DNA of 64,000 nucleotides from Pseudomonadota bacterium (GTDB lineage: Bacteria > Myxococcota > JACRCW01 > JAFGSX01). The stretch is from assembly GCA_043821645.1 (NCBI GenBank), contig JBDRCO010000111.1, forward strand, positions 1-64,000. The letters are read 5' to 3'. The stretch's first letter is position 1. Every line of letters starts with the position of its first letter. Both the position numbers and the translations under genes were made by a program. Positions 9,434 to 19,104 of this stretch are shown piece by piece. The notes beneath the pieces were generated by a model. That model had not been told where the DNA came from, searched no databases, and saw nothing but the letters and a program-made list of their open reading frames with translations.

Positions 9434-10404
9434 CCGGTGCAGGTACCACCACGCCCCTTCACATCGTCGTCACCGGTGGCGCGGGCTTCATTGGCTCGCA
9501 CCTGTGCGATGTGCTGCTGGCGAGGGGGCACCAGGTCCTGGCCATCGACGACCTCTCCTTGGGGTCGCGCGCCAATCTTGCCTCGGCCCTGGCGCAGCCA
9601 GGCTTCAGGCTCGAGGTGCTCGACCTGTGTGACCGCGGAAAGCTGGCTGCTGTGTTCGCGGCGCGCCGCTTTGACGCCGTGTTCCACCTGGCTGCAAACT
9701 CTGACATTCGCGCGGGCATGAGCGACCCGTCCGTCGACGTGCGGCGCACCCTGGACACCACGCTGGCCACCCTCGAACAGTGTGCTCGCACGGGCGTTGC
9801 GCAGTTCTTTCTTGCCAGCACCTCGGCGGTGTACGGCGAAACAGGCGCCGAGCCTATCGACGAGGACCACGGTCCCCTGTTGCCCATCTCGTACTACGGC
9901 GCGGCCAAGCTGGCGGCCGAGGCCTTCGTGTCGGTCTACCACCATCAGAGCGGGATGCGGACCTGGGTCGCCCGGTTTCCCAACGTCGTCGGACCGCGCG
10001 CCACCCATGGCGCCATCTTTGACTTCCTGGCCAAGCTTGAACGCGACCCGACCTGTTTGCCTGTGCTGGGGGACGGCACGCAGTGCAAGCCCTACCTGCT
10101 GGTCGACGATCTGGTCGAGGCCATGCTGGTGGGCTGGCAGCGGCTCGACGGGACGCACAGCGTGTTTCAGGTCGGCCCCGACAGCATGACCACCGTCGCC
10201 ACCCTGGCGCAGGAGGTGGTGCGGCGGGTCGCGCCAGGGGCACGCATCGTCTACAGCGGTGGGGATCGCGGATGGCCAGGTGACGTCCCGCAGTTCAGCT
10301 ACGACACCTCGCGTCTGCGGGCGGTGGGGTGGAGCACGCCGCGTTCATCCGACGAGGCGGTGATCGTGGCCATCGATCGCATTGCCCGGGAGCGGGGCTT
10401 GTGA
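9430..10404 (+). CDS. NAD-dependent nucleotide-sugar epimerase/dehydratase (extended SDR)
   Basis: VTGGAGFIGSH, HLAA, STSAVYG, YGAAK (YxxxK); ATGA overlap with the upstream gene. Confidence 0.92.
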   Translation: MTGAGTTTPLHIVVTGGAGFIGSHLCDVLLARGHQVLAIDDLSLGSRANLASALAQPGFRLEVLDLCDRGKLAAVFAARRFDAVFHLAANSDIRAGMSDPSVDVRRTLDTTLATLEQCARTGVAQFFLASTSAVYGETGAEPIDEDHGPLLPISYYGAAKLAAEAFVSVYHHQSGMRTWVARFPNVVGPRATHGAIFDFLAKLERDPTCLPVLGDGTQCKPYLLVDDLVEAMLVGWQRLDGTHSVFQVGPDSMTTVATLAQEVVRRVAPGARIVYSGGDRGWPGDVPQFSYDTSRLRAVGWSTPRSSDEAVIVAIDRIARERGL

Positions 10405-11702
10405 AGGCCGCCATCGTTGCGGGCGGACGCGGCACACGCCTGGGATCGCTGGCGGAGACCGTGCCCAAGCCCTGGCTTCCCGTGGCCGGGCGGCCACTGA
10501 TCGCGCGCCACCTCGACCTGCTCGCGCAGGCCGGCATCGACCAGGTCACGGTGTGCGTCGGCCATCTGGCCTCGGTCATCGTCCGCGAGCTGCCAGCGCT
10601 GGCGCCCGCCGGCATCGACCTCCACGTCGTCAGCGAGGACGAACCCGCTGGATCTGCGGGCTGCCTGGCCCGGGCCTTCGAGAACCTCGAGCAACCTTTG
10701 CTGGTGATTTTTGGTGACGTTGTCGTCGACATGGATCTTGCTGGGCTGCTGAAGGCCCACCGCTCGCACCCCGGGTGTTCCGCCACCGTCGTGGTGCACC
10801 CCAACGATCATCCTCAGGACAGCGACCTGGTCGAGCTCGACGGGGATGGCCGTGTGCAAGCCCTGCATCGCAAGCCCCACCCCGCGGACCTCGACGTCGC
10901 CAACCTGGTCGTGGCCGGGGTGTTCGTGCTGGAACCCGAACTGCTGCGGACCATCCCACGCCACAGTTGCGTGGACCTGGTGCACGACCTGTTGCCCGCG
11001 GCCCTCGAGCGCGGCCAGATCGTCGCCGGCCATCGCAGTACCGAATACCTCAAGGACATGGGGACCCCCGAACGCTATGCCGAGGTCCAGCACGCCTGGA
11101 GTGCCGGTGTGGTGGCGCGGATGCGTGCGGGAGCCGAGCGCCCGGTGGCCTTCCTGGATCGCGACGGGACGCTCAACCGTTACGTCGGACTGATCGCGCA
11201 TCCGGATCAGATCGAGCTGCTGCCCGGGGCAGCGGCAGCGGTACGCCGCCTGAACCGGGCCGGGGTCTGCACCGTCGTTGTCACCAACCAGCCCGTGGTG
11301 GCGCGCGGCCTGTGCGACGAGGCGCTGCTGGATCGGATCCACGGTCGGCTCGAGATGCTACTCGGTCGCCAGGGCGCCTTCGTGGACCGCCTTTACTACT
11401 GTCCACATCACCCGGACCGGGGTTTTTCGGGAGAGAACCCCGCGTTTAAGATCGTCTGCGACTGCCGCAAGCCAGCACCGGGATTGATCCGGCGCGCCCA
11501 GCGCGAGCTCGGTCTCGGGCTCCGCCGCGCGGCCATGTTCGGAGACAGCCAGCGGGACTTCGAGCTTGCACGGAGCTGCGGCATCGACTTCTACTGGCTG
11601 GCCTGTGGTGAGCCGGTACCGGCCCCGCAGCAGGCGACCAGCCACCACGACCTCACCGCGGCGGTCCAGGTCTGGCTCGACACACTGGGGCAGGGCGCAT
11701 GA
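10401..11702 (+). CDS. Fusion of HddC-like nucleotidyltransferase and GmhB-like heptose-1,7-bisphosphate phosphatase
   Basis: N-terminal AGGRGTRL...PKP and DMGTPERY; C-terminal FLDRDGTLN, VTNQ, CPHHP, CDCRKP, GDS (HAD-IIIA). GTGA overlap start. Confidence 0.92.
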   Translation: MKAAIVAGGRGTRLGSLAETVPKPWLPVAGRPLIARHLDLLAQAGIDQVTVCVGHLASVIVRELPALAPAGIDLHVVSEDEPAGSAGCLARAFENLEQPLLVIFGDVVVDMDLAGLLKAHRSHPGCSATVVVHPNDHPQDSDLVELDGDGRVQALHRKPHPADLDVANLVVAGVFVLEPELLRTIPRHSCVDLVHDLLPAALERGQIVAGHRSTEYLKDMGTPERYAEVQHAWSAGVVARMRAGAERPVAFLDRDGTLNRYVGLIAHPDQIELLPGAAAAVRRLNRAGVCTVVVTNQPVVARGLCDEALLDRIHGRLEMLLGRQGAFVDRLYYCPHHPDRGFSGENPAFKIVCDCRKPAPGLIRRAQRELGLGLRRAAMFGDSQRDFELARSCGIDFYWLACGEPVPAPQQATSHHDLTAAVQVWLDTLGQGA

Positions 11703-12682
11703 TCATCTCGCAGACCCCGCTGAGGGTGAGTTTTGTGGGTGGTGGCACCGATCTGCCACCCTTCTACCGACGTCACGGTGGTGCCGTGGTGTCGACCGCC
11801 ATTGCCCACTACGTCTACATCACCCTGAAGGAGCTGCAACCCTTTCACGATCACCGCTACCGCGTGTCGTACTCCCGTACCGAGCTGTGCCGCACTGTTG
11901 CCGAGATCCAGCACCCGCTGGTTCGAGAGTGCCTGCGCCTGCTCGCCGTCGACGCGGCGCTGGAGATCACCTCCATCGCCGACGTGCCGGCCGGGACAGG
12001 GCTGGGTTCGTCATCGTCGTTCACGGTGGGCCTGCTCAACGCTCTGCATGCGTTCAAGGGCGAGTATGTGCCCTGGCAGCAGCTGGCCGAGGAGGCTTGC
12101 CAGGTTGAGATCGAGATCCTGGGTGAGCCCATAGGCAAGCAAGACCAGTTCATCGCGGCGGCCGGTGGTCTGCGGCACATCGTGTTTCGCGCCGACGACA
12201 CCGTCACCACGACGCCCCTGATCTGCTCCCGGGCTGCACACGACAGGCTCTGGTCCGGCATGCTCGCCCTGCATGTTGGTGGGCAACGACAGGCCAAGGA
12301 CATCCTGAAACAGTGGCAGAGCATGCCGCCGGACATCGAGACGCGCCTGGAGCAGACCTCGGCGTTGACCCGGCAGTTCCTCGAGGCGGTGCAGGCGGGA
12401 GCACCCATGGCCGAGCTCGGCGGGGTCCTGCACGCTGCGTGGGAGCTCAAGCGCGCCACCGGCAGCAAGGTGAGTACCGCGCGCATTGATGCGCTTTGCC
12501 AGCGGGCGCGCGAACACGGCGCCCTGGGTGGCAAGCTCCTGGGGGCCGGGGGCACGGGTTTCTTGCTGCTGCTGGTCGAGCCCGAGCAGCGGGCCGCCGT
12601 GCGTGCCGCGCTGTCCGAGCTGCTCGAGCTTGCGCTGGCCCCCGACGTCGAGGGCAGCCGTATCATTCACTACCGTCGCTAG
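11699..12682 (+). CDS. hddA: GHMP kinase, D-glycero-alpha-D-manno-heptose-7-phosphate kinase-like
   Basis: PLRVSFVGGGTD, PAGTGLGSSS, GKQDQ, GGKLLGAGGTGF. Confidence 0.88.
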   Translation: MIISQTPLRVSFVGGGTDLPPFYRRHGGAVVSTAIAHYVYITLKELQPFHDHRYRVSYSRTELCRTVAEIQHPLVRECLRLLAVDAALEITSIADVPAGTGLGSSSSFTVGLLNALHAFKGEYVPWQQLAEEACQVEIEILGEPIGKQDQFIAAAGGLRHIVFRADDTVTTTPLICSRAAHDRLWSGMLALHVGGQRQAKDILKQWQSMPPDIETRLEQTSALTRQFLEAVQAGAPMAELGGVLHAAWELKRATGSKVSTARIDALCQRAREHGALGGKLLGAGGTGFLLLLVEPEQRAAVRAALSELLELALAPDVEGSRIIHYRR

Positions 12683-14747
12683 CCGCGGGCGGCTCGAAGC
12701 GGATCCTGAAGTCCCTGTCGTGAGGGCTGTTCACGTAGTGCGATCCGACCTGGTTGTAGAAGCCGAAGTAGAGCTCGACCGTGGTGTGTGGCGCCTGTGC
12801 CGGGAGCTCGAAGGCGGCGGCGAGCTGGTCCCTGTCCGAGAGGTGGACCAGGGTTCCTGTGCTGCTGTGGTGCGTGGCCCAGTCGTCATCGGTCGACCAG
12901 CGCATCACCAGGTGGGTGTGGCCCAGCCTCAGCGTTGGCTCGAGCTCGACCAGGATGGGGACGGGACGACGCTCTCGCCAGATCGGACCAGGAATCCAGA
13001 CCTGACGCCCGTCGGTGGCGCGCACGGTCCTCATCCCTGGCTCCGGCGGTCGCTCGACCGGAGCTTGAGCGCGGAGTGCCAGTTCCGGTGCATGGACCAG
13101 CACGTCGACGAAGGGGGAGTCCCAGCCGGGCCAGAGCGTGCGCAGCACGGTGCGGTAGTCGGGGAACACCTTCCACAGGTCGTCGCCGTAAAGCATGCGC
13201 ATGTTCGGGTCGACCAGCACCACGTCAGGTCGCCGCTGCAGCAGCCGGCTCTGGTAGTAGTCCACCAGACCCCGACGACCGTGGATCGCGATCAGTTCCT
13301 CATGAAAGAACCAGCGGAAGTCGAGGGCCCGGTACTGGAAGCCCAGGTTTGAGAAGCCATCGAACACGACGCCATGCTCCGGCACGATGTGGCGAAGGGC
13401 GTCGATGAGTCGGAGTTGCTGGTGGTTGGTGTCGCGCTCGCCGTACAGCGCGCGTGCGGTCGTGCGCAGCCGGACCTGCAGGGGGAACCAGCTCGCGGTC
13501 ATCACCAGTGCAAAGGCCGTGGCGAAAAACATCCTGCGCATGCTCAACAAGGGAACAGCGACGGCGAGGATCAGCGTCGGCAGCCACACGCTCGCACTTG
13601 CAGGGGGCGGATACCAGGGTCGGGGCCACAGCAGGGCTCCGGCGGTCACGGCCACGAGGGCCGACACGAAGACGGAGAGCACGCCAGGGCTGCCTTCCCG
13701 GGTGCGAAGCAGGACGCGCACCAGCAGCCTCGCACCGACAATGGCGAGCCAGGGGTTGGAAACCAAGAAGTACTGGCGCGCCGGGTGGTGGATCACGAAC
13801 ATGCCGATGAGCCCTGTCAGCGAGAAGATGCTCAGCGCCTGCTCGGCGGTGCCCAGGGATCGGCGGCGCTCATCGACCAGGAGCAGCCCGAGACCTGCAA
13901 GTCCGAGGAACCAGAACTCGGGATTGCTGGTGGCGCTTTCCCACAGGTAGATCCAGGGCCAGATCTTGACCTTGTATGTGAGGTTGTAGGTCAGGTTGTA
14001 GTGCACGAACTCGTGCAGCATCCCGAACGCTGCGTAGATCCCGGCGACGGCCAGGGGTGGCAGTGCACTTCCGGCGCCGTAGGCCGCCATGCGGGCCACA
14101 GCCTGCCCTCGTTCGCCAGGCTTGCTCGAGGCAATACGGACCAGGTGAAAGGCCACCACGCCGATACCCAGGAACAGCGCGCGCGGCGTGGCGAGGAGCG
14201 CGCCACCCATCAGGGCACCCGCAGCCAGCATGAGTGGCCAGCGCTGCCTGTCCGCTGCCCGGATCAGGAGCAGCACACTCGAGAGTGCCAGTGGCCACAT
14301 GATCACGTCTGGGCGTGCCTCCATGGCCATCCTGGCCACGAAGCTCTCTTGCAGCAGCAACGCGACTGCCAGCCATGCCGACGCTCGCGCCCAGGGCCCC
14401 TCTAGGCCGCTCATCCCGACTCCCAGCCTGTACACCAGGCCGAGGGAAAGGAGCAGCAGCACCAGGCTCAAGGCGCGAACAGAGAGGATGAGGGTCCGGG
14501 CCTCGGGGAGGGCCTGCGCCAGCGGCGCCAGAAGATGCCCGTAGAGAGGGCCATGGTGCTCGAAGAAGTCGCGATACATCACCTCGCCCTGGGCGATGCT
14601 CCAGGCCACGTGCAAGTGCTCCAGTTCGTCGGAGTTGAGCTCGCGGTGGAACAGCCCGATCCCGGCCTGACCGAGGTAGAGTGCGAGGAGTAGGACGGCT
14701 GCGATCTGGACGCCGCGTGTTGCTGTCCACCGGGTAGGGCTGCTCAT
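12663..14747 (-). CDS. GT-C-type (ArnT/PMT-like) polytopic membrane glycosyltransferase with an extra C-terminal domain
   Basis: First-loop acidic motif NSDELEHLHVAWSIAQGEVMYRDFFEHHGPL, EARPD, many TM helices. Confidence 0.7.
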   Translation of the reverse strand: MSSPTRWTATRGVQIAAVLLLALYLGQAGIGLFHRELNSDELEHLHVAWSIAQGEVMYRDFFEHHGPLYGHLLAPLAQALPEARTLILSVRALSLVLLLLSLGLVYRLGVGMSGLEGPWARASAWLAVALLLQESFVARMAMEARPDVIMWPLALSSVLLLIRAADRQRWPLMLAAGALMGGALLATPRALFLGIGVVAFHLVRIASSKPGERGQAVARMAAYGAGSALPPLAVAGIYAAFGMLHEFVHYNLTYNLTYKVKIWPWIYLWESATSNPEFWFLGLAGLGLLLVDERRRSLGTAEQALSIFSLTGLIGMFVIHHPARQYFLVSNPWLAIVGARLLVRVLLRTREGSPGVLSVFVSALVAVTAGALLWPRPWYPPPASASVWLPTLILAVAVPLLSMRRMFFATAFALVMTASWFPLQVRLRTTARALYGERDTNHQQLRLIDALRHIVPEHGVVFDGFSNLGFQYRALDFRWFFHEELIAIHGRRGLVDYYQSRLLQRRPDVVLVDPNMRMLYGDDLWKVFPDYRTVLRTLWPGWDSPFVDVLVHAPELALRAQAPVERPPEPGMRTVRATDGRQVWIPGPIWRERRPVPILVELEPTLRLGHTHLVMRWSTDDDWATHHSSTGTLVHLSDRDQLAAAFELPAQAPHTTVELYFGFYNQVGSHYVNSPHDRDFRIRFEPPAASDGSE

Positions 14748-14784
14748 CAACGAATCTGTGATGCGGGTCGGCGAGCGGCAGGGA

Positions 14785-15882
14785 TCACATGCAGGTGCCG
14801 GTCGCGGTACACAGGCACTCGCCACCGCAACAGACCTGCTGACCCGCAGCCGTGTAGGCACCGGTGCAGGCACCAGAGCAATCGTCCGTTGTGGAATTGT
14901 CGGGGAGCGCTCCGAAGCAGGCGCCCAGGACCTCGGTGCCGATGCAGGGGTCGCAGTCCTGCACGGCGCAACGATGGGTCACCGAGTCACCAGCCACGGT
15001 CTGTTCACAGAATCCAGAGCGGCAGGCATCCGCGATCGCGCAAGGGCTTCCGTTGGGCAGCACGTTGAGGCACACGCCCTCGCCTGGATCGCAATACTGC
15101 AAGGCCAGGCACTGGTCGCTGCGCACACAGGACTTCAGACACAGGCCGTCCTGGCATTCGCCGTCGTCGCTGGCAGAAAAATCGCAGGTGGACCCATCCG
15201 CCAGCACGGAAGTGCTGCAGATCTCATCCACCCCGCAGGTCCAGCTTCGGCACTGCGTTCCGTCGTCGCAGTCGGCAGCATCGGAGCAGCCGACGCAGGA
15301 ACCCGCCGTGTTGCAGGTACCCGTCGCACCGCTCGTGCCCAGGTTGCAGCTTGGAGCCTGACCCGTGCCGTCCCAGATCGGTTCGTGGACGCAGCACTCG
15401 GCCCCGACGCAACCTGTGGTGGACCCGGGAGCACAGGTCCCGGCCTGCGCGAGGCAGCTGTTGCTCGTGTTGTCGCTGCACAGGACGGTGGTCCAGCCCG
15501 TGCGCGAGGCCGCCGGTGCACAGACTTCACAGGTGGAGTCTGGATTGGCCGCGCCCGCAAGGAAAGCCTGCGCTGTCGCACTGCCGATGTCGATGAAGCA
15601 CAGATCGTCGCGGCAATTTCCGAGGTAGCACAAGCCGGCGTCCACGCCTTCGCTGCACTCCACGCCAGACTGCCGCACCTGGTAGCGGCACTCGTGTTCC
15701 TGGCACAGTGCCTCCCAGCACTCGCCATAGGCGGTCACGGGGCAATCCGCCGGCGTACTGCAGGCATAGACCGGGGGCTCAGGCTCGTCAGGAGGGGCAC
15801 AGGCTTCGCAGCCCGAACCGAACCCGAAACCCATGGCCCCGGCGAGGGCGAAGGTCAGGAGCACCGCAAGAGGAGTTCGCAT
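14785..15882 (-). CDS. Cys-rich repeat lipoprotein
   Basis: Signal peptide ending FGSGC; many CxxxxDC/CxxGxC modules. Confidence 0.75.
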   Translation of the reverse strand: MRTPLAVLLTFALAGAMGFGFGSGCEACAPPDEPEPPVYACSTPADCPVTAYGECWEALCQEHECRYQVRQSGVECSEGVDAGLCYLGNCRDDLCFIDIGSATAQAFLAGAANPDSTCEVCAPAASRTGWTTVLCSDNTSNSCLAQAGTCAPGSTTGCVGAECCVHEPIWDGTGQAPSCNLGTSGATGTCNTAGSCVGCSDAADCDDGTQCRSWTCGVDEICSTSVLADGSTCDFSASDDGECQDGLCLKSCVRSDQCLALQYCDPGEGVCLNVLPNGSPCAIADACRSGFCEQTVAGDSVTHRCAVQDCDPCIGTEVLGACFGALPDNSTTDDCSGACTGAYTAAGQQVCCGGECLCTATGTCM

Positions 15883-15966
15883 GATGACAACCTGTCGCCC
15901 GGCCCGGTGCCAGGCGAAACCAGTACACGCATACAAGTAGCCGAATGCTAGCACCAGGAAGCTCGG

Positions 15967-16587
15967 TCAGCAATCCTGGGCTGAGCCTTGGCCCTGATCG
16001 GGCAGCTCGTCATCGCCGGGGTTCCCGGCAAGCATCCCGTCCATCCAGCGGTGCAGCACAGCAGCGTGGCAGGTCTCGACGGTTCCGTAGCTCCTGGCTT
16101 CGACGTGGGCATTGAGGGTTCCCAGGGCTCGCAGTGGATTGGCGGGAGACATCCCGCTCAGGGTCACCACGCGCATGCCGATCTGCTGTGCCACAGCCAC
16201 GGCGTTGAGGACGCTGGGCGAGCGGCCCGAGCTGCTGATGCCGATCAGCAGGTCGGTGGAGCGGCCGCGGCGCCGCAGAGGTTCGGCGAACACCTCCGCA
16301 TAACCGAGGTCGTTGGCGATGGCGGTCACCAGGGACAGGTCCGAGAAAACCTGCGTGTGCAACCTTGCGTTCTTGGCGAGGTCCGCGGCGAAGTGGCTGG
16401 CCAGCGACGCGCTGGCACCATTTCCGATGAGGTAGATGGCGCCACGCTGCTGGTGACAGTCGTGGGTGAGCTGGCACCACAGATCGAAACCCGCGTCCGC
16501 CGTCAGCTCCTCACCTGCCTGGCTGCGAAAGCTGATGTGGTTCAACACGTCCCGAAGTCGATCCACGCGCTGCGCCCAGTTGCCCAT
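15967..16587 (-). CDS. gmhA: Phosphoheptose isomerase (SIS domain)
   Basis: IGNGASASLASHFAADL, TAIANDLGY, ISSSGRS, YGTVETCH. Confidence 0.85.
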   Translation of the reverse strand: MGNWAQRVDRLRDVLNHISFRSQAGEELTADAGFDLWCQLTHDCHQQRGAIYLIGNGASASLASHFAADLAKNARLHTQVFSDLSLVTAIANDLGYAEVFAEPLRRRGRSTDLLIGISSSGRSPSVLNAVAVAQQIGMRVVTLSGMSPANPLRALGTLNAHVEARSYGTVETCHAAVLHRWMDGMLAGNPGDDELPDQGQGSAQDC

Positions 16588-16699
16588 GGCGAGACCTCGT
16601 TTCTCGTCGCCGGTCCCGACCTGTGACCGCGAACGCGCGACGGACAGTATCCGCCACGCCACGACCTGTTCAAGTGGTCGTGAGACGGTCGTGAGCGGC

Positions 16700-18247
16700 T
16701 CAGGGCAGGGGCTCCAGCAGGTACAGGTGGTAGTCCTCGTGGGCGATGGAGCCGACCAGGTGCGCCAGGTCGCGGGCGCCGAGCACCTGGCGGTGGTCGT
16801 CGGACAGCGCGTGGTCGGTGGCGAGTAGAACTCTCCCGCGCTGTCGTCGGGCGAATTGCCGCGTGCGTCTCAGAAGCTCGACGTCATCGAACGCACGCCA
16901 CAGCGCCCGGGTCCACTTGACGTAGGATCCGTTGCGGCAGATGCGTGCCATGTACACGCTGTCCCTGCCGAGGGCACCCACCAGCGTGGTGCCCCAGGCT
17001 GCGGGCTCCACGACCAGGGGCAGGTCTGCAAGCTGTGCCTCGACAATGAACCTGGCGGCAGCCCTCCCCTGCGAGAAGGGGTATCGCCACTCGAGCGCAT
17101 GTGACACGCCCCCCCCTCCCAGCTGGCATACGACCAGGGCCGAGAGCAGCAGCTGGGCTACCCGGGAGTGGCGTGGGTGGGCTGGGGTGCCGCCTGTCTC
17201 GTGTGTCCGGGCGAGCCACAAGCCAGCGATCATCGTCAGGTAGACGAAGCCGTGGTGCCGGGGAGCGCCGAGAAGTTTGACGTAATAGAACCCGAGGAGA
17301 CCGACCACAGTCAGGACGTAGAAGATCGCCACAACCCTCCGCGAGCGAAGCAGCCACGCGACGAGTGCCAGGACGGCCAGCGCCAGCACTCCCCCGGCAA
17401 GGCCAGCAGCGGGCCATCGCTCGGGCCAGCCACGCATCCAGAAATCTACATCGGGCAGGCAGGCGGGGATGAGCACCTGGGCCATGGCGCGAGTGAGTGC
17501 AGACAGGCGGGCGCCATCGAAGTCGAGGTACCAGGCGACCGCGTAGCCGGAATCTGCTGGTGGAATGACTTGCACGACCGCGGTCGCGCAGCCGGTGATG
17601 AGCACGCCGAGTCCAGCGAACAGGGCTGCGGGCGATGGCCGTGCCTCGGGTGGCGAGACCTGCGGCAAGACCAGCAGCTCCACCAGCAGAGCCGCCAGCA
17701 TCGCGAGGCTCATCACCAGGCCGAACACACTGCTGTGAGCCAGCAGGAACAGCGCGACGCAAAGCGGGAGCGGCCGTCGAAGACGGTCTGGAAACAGCCA
17801 GCACACGACGATGACGAGGAGGAGGCCGAGGGAGTAATTGCGCGCCACCACGGCATACTCGTACATCACGAAGTAGCCACCCGCGAAGGCGATGCGTTGC
17901 CAGCGTACAAAAGGAGCGCGCAGCTGGAACAGCAGCACAGCCGCTCCAGAGATCAGGACATGGGCTGCCTGCATCCACCGCGGGTCGCGAGTGAGGCCCG
18001 TGATGCCGTACAGCAGCAGGTGCCACAGCCCCGGGTGCCCCTCGTACTTGAGGGCGCGGAAAAGACCGGCCAGCGACGTGGCATCCCGGGCGAGGAGCCA
18101 GGCCTGGTACTCGTCTCGCCAGGGTTCGTGCGCCATCGTGGTGGCGGCAACCACGACCGCGTAGATCAGGGCAACGGCCAGGGCAAAGGGGAGGTGTTCG
18201 CGTTCGGGCAAGGTGGGCGCCGGCGGATCGTGAAACGGTTCTCGCAC
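16700..18247 (-). CDS. Polytopic membrane protein, probable GT-C glycosyltransferase
   Basis: HEPWRDEYQAW first-loop DE motif, YEGHPGLW, YEYAVVARNY, more than 10 TM segments. Confidence 0.65.
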   Translation of the reverse strand: MREPFHDPPAPTLPEREHLPFALAVALIYAVVVAATTMAHEPWRDEYQAWLLARDATSLAGLFRALKYEGHPGLWHLLLYGITGLTRDPRWMQAAHVLISGAAVLLFQLRAPFVRWQRIAFAGGYFVMYEYAVVARNYSLGLLLVIVVCWLFPDRLRRPLPLCVALFLLAHSSVFGLVMSLAMLAALLVELLVLPQVSPPEARPSPAALFAGLGVLITGCATAVVQVIPPADSGYAVAWYLDFDGARLSALTRAMAQVLIPACLPDVDFWMRGWPERWPAAGLAGGVLALAVLALVAWLLRSRRVVAIFYVLTVVGLLGFYYVKLLGAPRHHGFVYLTMIAGLWLARTHETGGTPAHPRHSRVAQLLLSALVVCQLGGGGVSHALEWRYPFSQGRAAARFIVEAQLADLPLVVEPAAWGTTLVGALGRDSVYMARICRNGSYVKWTRALWRAFDDVELLRRTRQFARRQRGRVLLATDHALSDDHRQVLGARDLAHLVGSIAHEDYHLYLLEPLP

Positions 18248-18252
18248 GCTGC

Positions 18253-19104
18253 TCAGGGGCTCCCCGTCGACGGTGGGACGCTGCCATCCCCCGCCTGGTC
18301 GACACGTGTCGTGCGGTCGAAGAAATCCGAATAGGTGATGGGCCTGGACTGGACTTCGAGCTCGCGATTGCTCCCCTGTTCCCAGGTCTCTGGCGACGTG
18401 AACACGAACTTGAAGGCGATCTTCTGGTAGGGCATCAGGTGATCGAGGGTGAGGCTGTACACGAAGTCCGTCTCGGGATCATGCAGGCGTGTGCCACTCG
18501 CCCAGCCGTTGAAATCGGCCCGGAGTTCGACCTGGGAGAGCAGGGGGTCGAAGCGGCCCTGGCGGATCTGCACACCCATGTCCACCTCGAAGGTCACGCG
18601 GGCCGACGGCAGCAGGGGCCTCTCTCCCGCGGAGCGTGGAGGCTCGAACACATCCTCGTGCGTCGCGTCCCTCGACGGAACCTGCACGCTTCGATCGGGA
18701 CTTCCATCCCAGGTCTGTTCCCAGTTCGGGGGGGTCTCGACGACATACTTGATGAGCAGGTCCTGGCCTGGCACCAGGCCTTCCAGCGTCCCTTCGTAGA
18801 AAAGGTCACCGTCGGGATCTCGCAGTTCCTGTCCCGCTTGCCAGCGATCGAAGCTCCCCTTGAGCCAGACCCGGGAACGCCCCGGCAGCAGCAGCCCAGC
18901 CTCGACGGCCGGTCGCAGATCCACGCGGACCTGCAGCTGCACGCGGCGGCTGTCGCAGGAGATGTAACTCCCCCACGCCAGTACCGCGAGGATGGGCAAC
19001 ATCACGGCCCACAGCGCCCCGGTCAGGATCCAGCGCCCCTTCTGTGGGGACCACCACGACCATCTCGAGTCCACGAAAGGCTCCCGTACCGTGACGCCGG
19101 TCAT
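18253..19104 (-). CDS. Membrane-anchored protein with two tandem CBM20/CBM48-like beta-sandwich domains
   Basis: One TM helix, then the repeat V..VD..../.G.F..W.....L.DP..D..Y..TL..L......KYV/KFV......WE....R twice. Confidence 0.65.
   Translation of the reverse strand: MTGVTVREPFVDSRWSWWSPQKGRWILTGALWAVMLPILAVLAWGSYISCDSRRVQLQVRVDLRPAVEAGLLLPGRSRVWLKGSFDRWQAGQELRDPDGDLFYEGTLEGLVPGQDLLIKYVVETPPNWEQTWDGSPDRSVQVPSRDATHEDVFEPPRSAGERPLLPSARVTFEVDMGVQIRQGRFDPLLSQVELRADFNGWASGTRLHDPETDFVYSLTLDHLMPYQKIAFKFVFTSPETWEQGSNRELEVQSRPITYSDFFDRTTRVDQAGDGSVPPSTGSP

Noticed and set aside
14785-15882. Multiheme cytochrome or RiPP precursor among the Cys-rich ORFs
   Set aside because: No CxxCH motifs, and no radical SAM, YcaO or lanthionine enzymes in the window.
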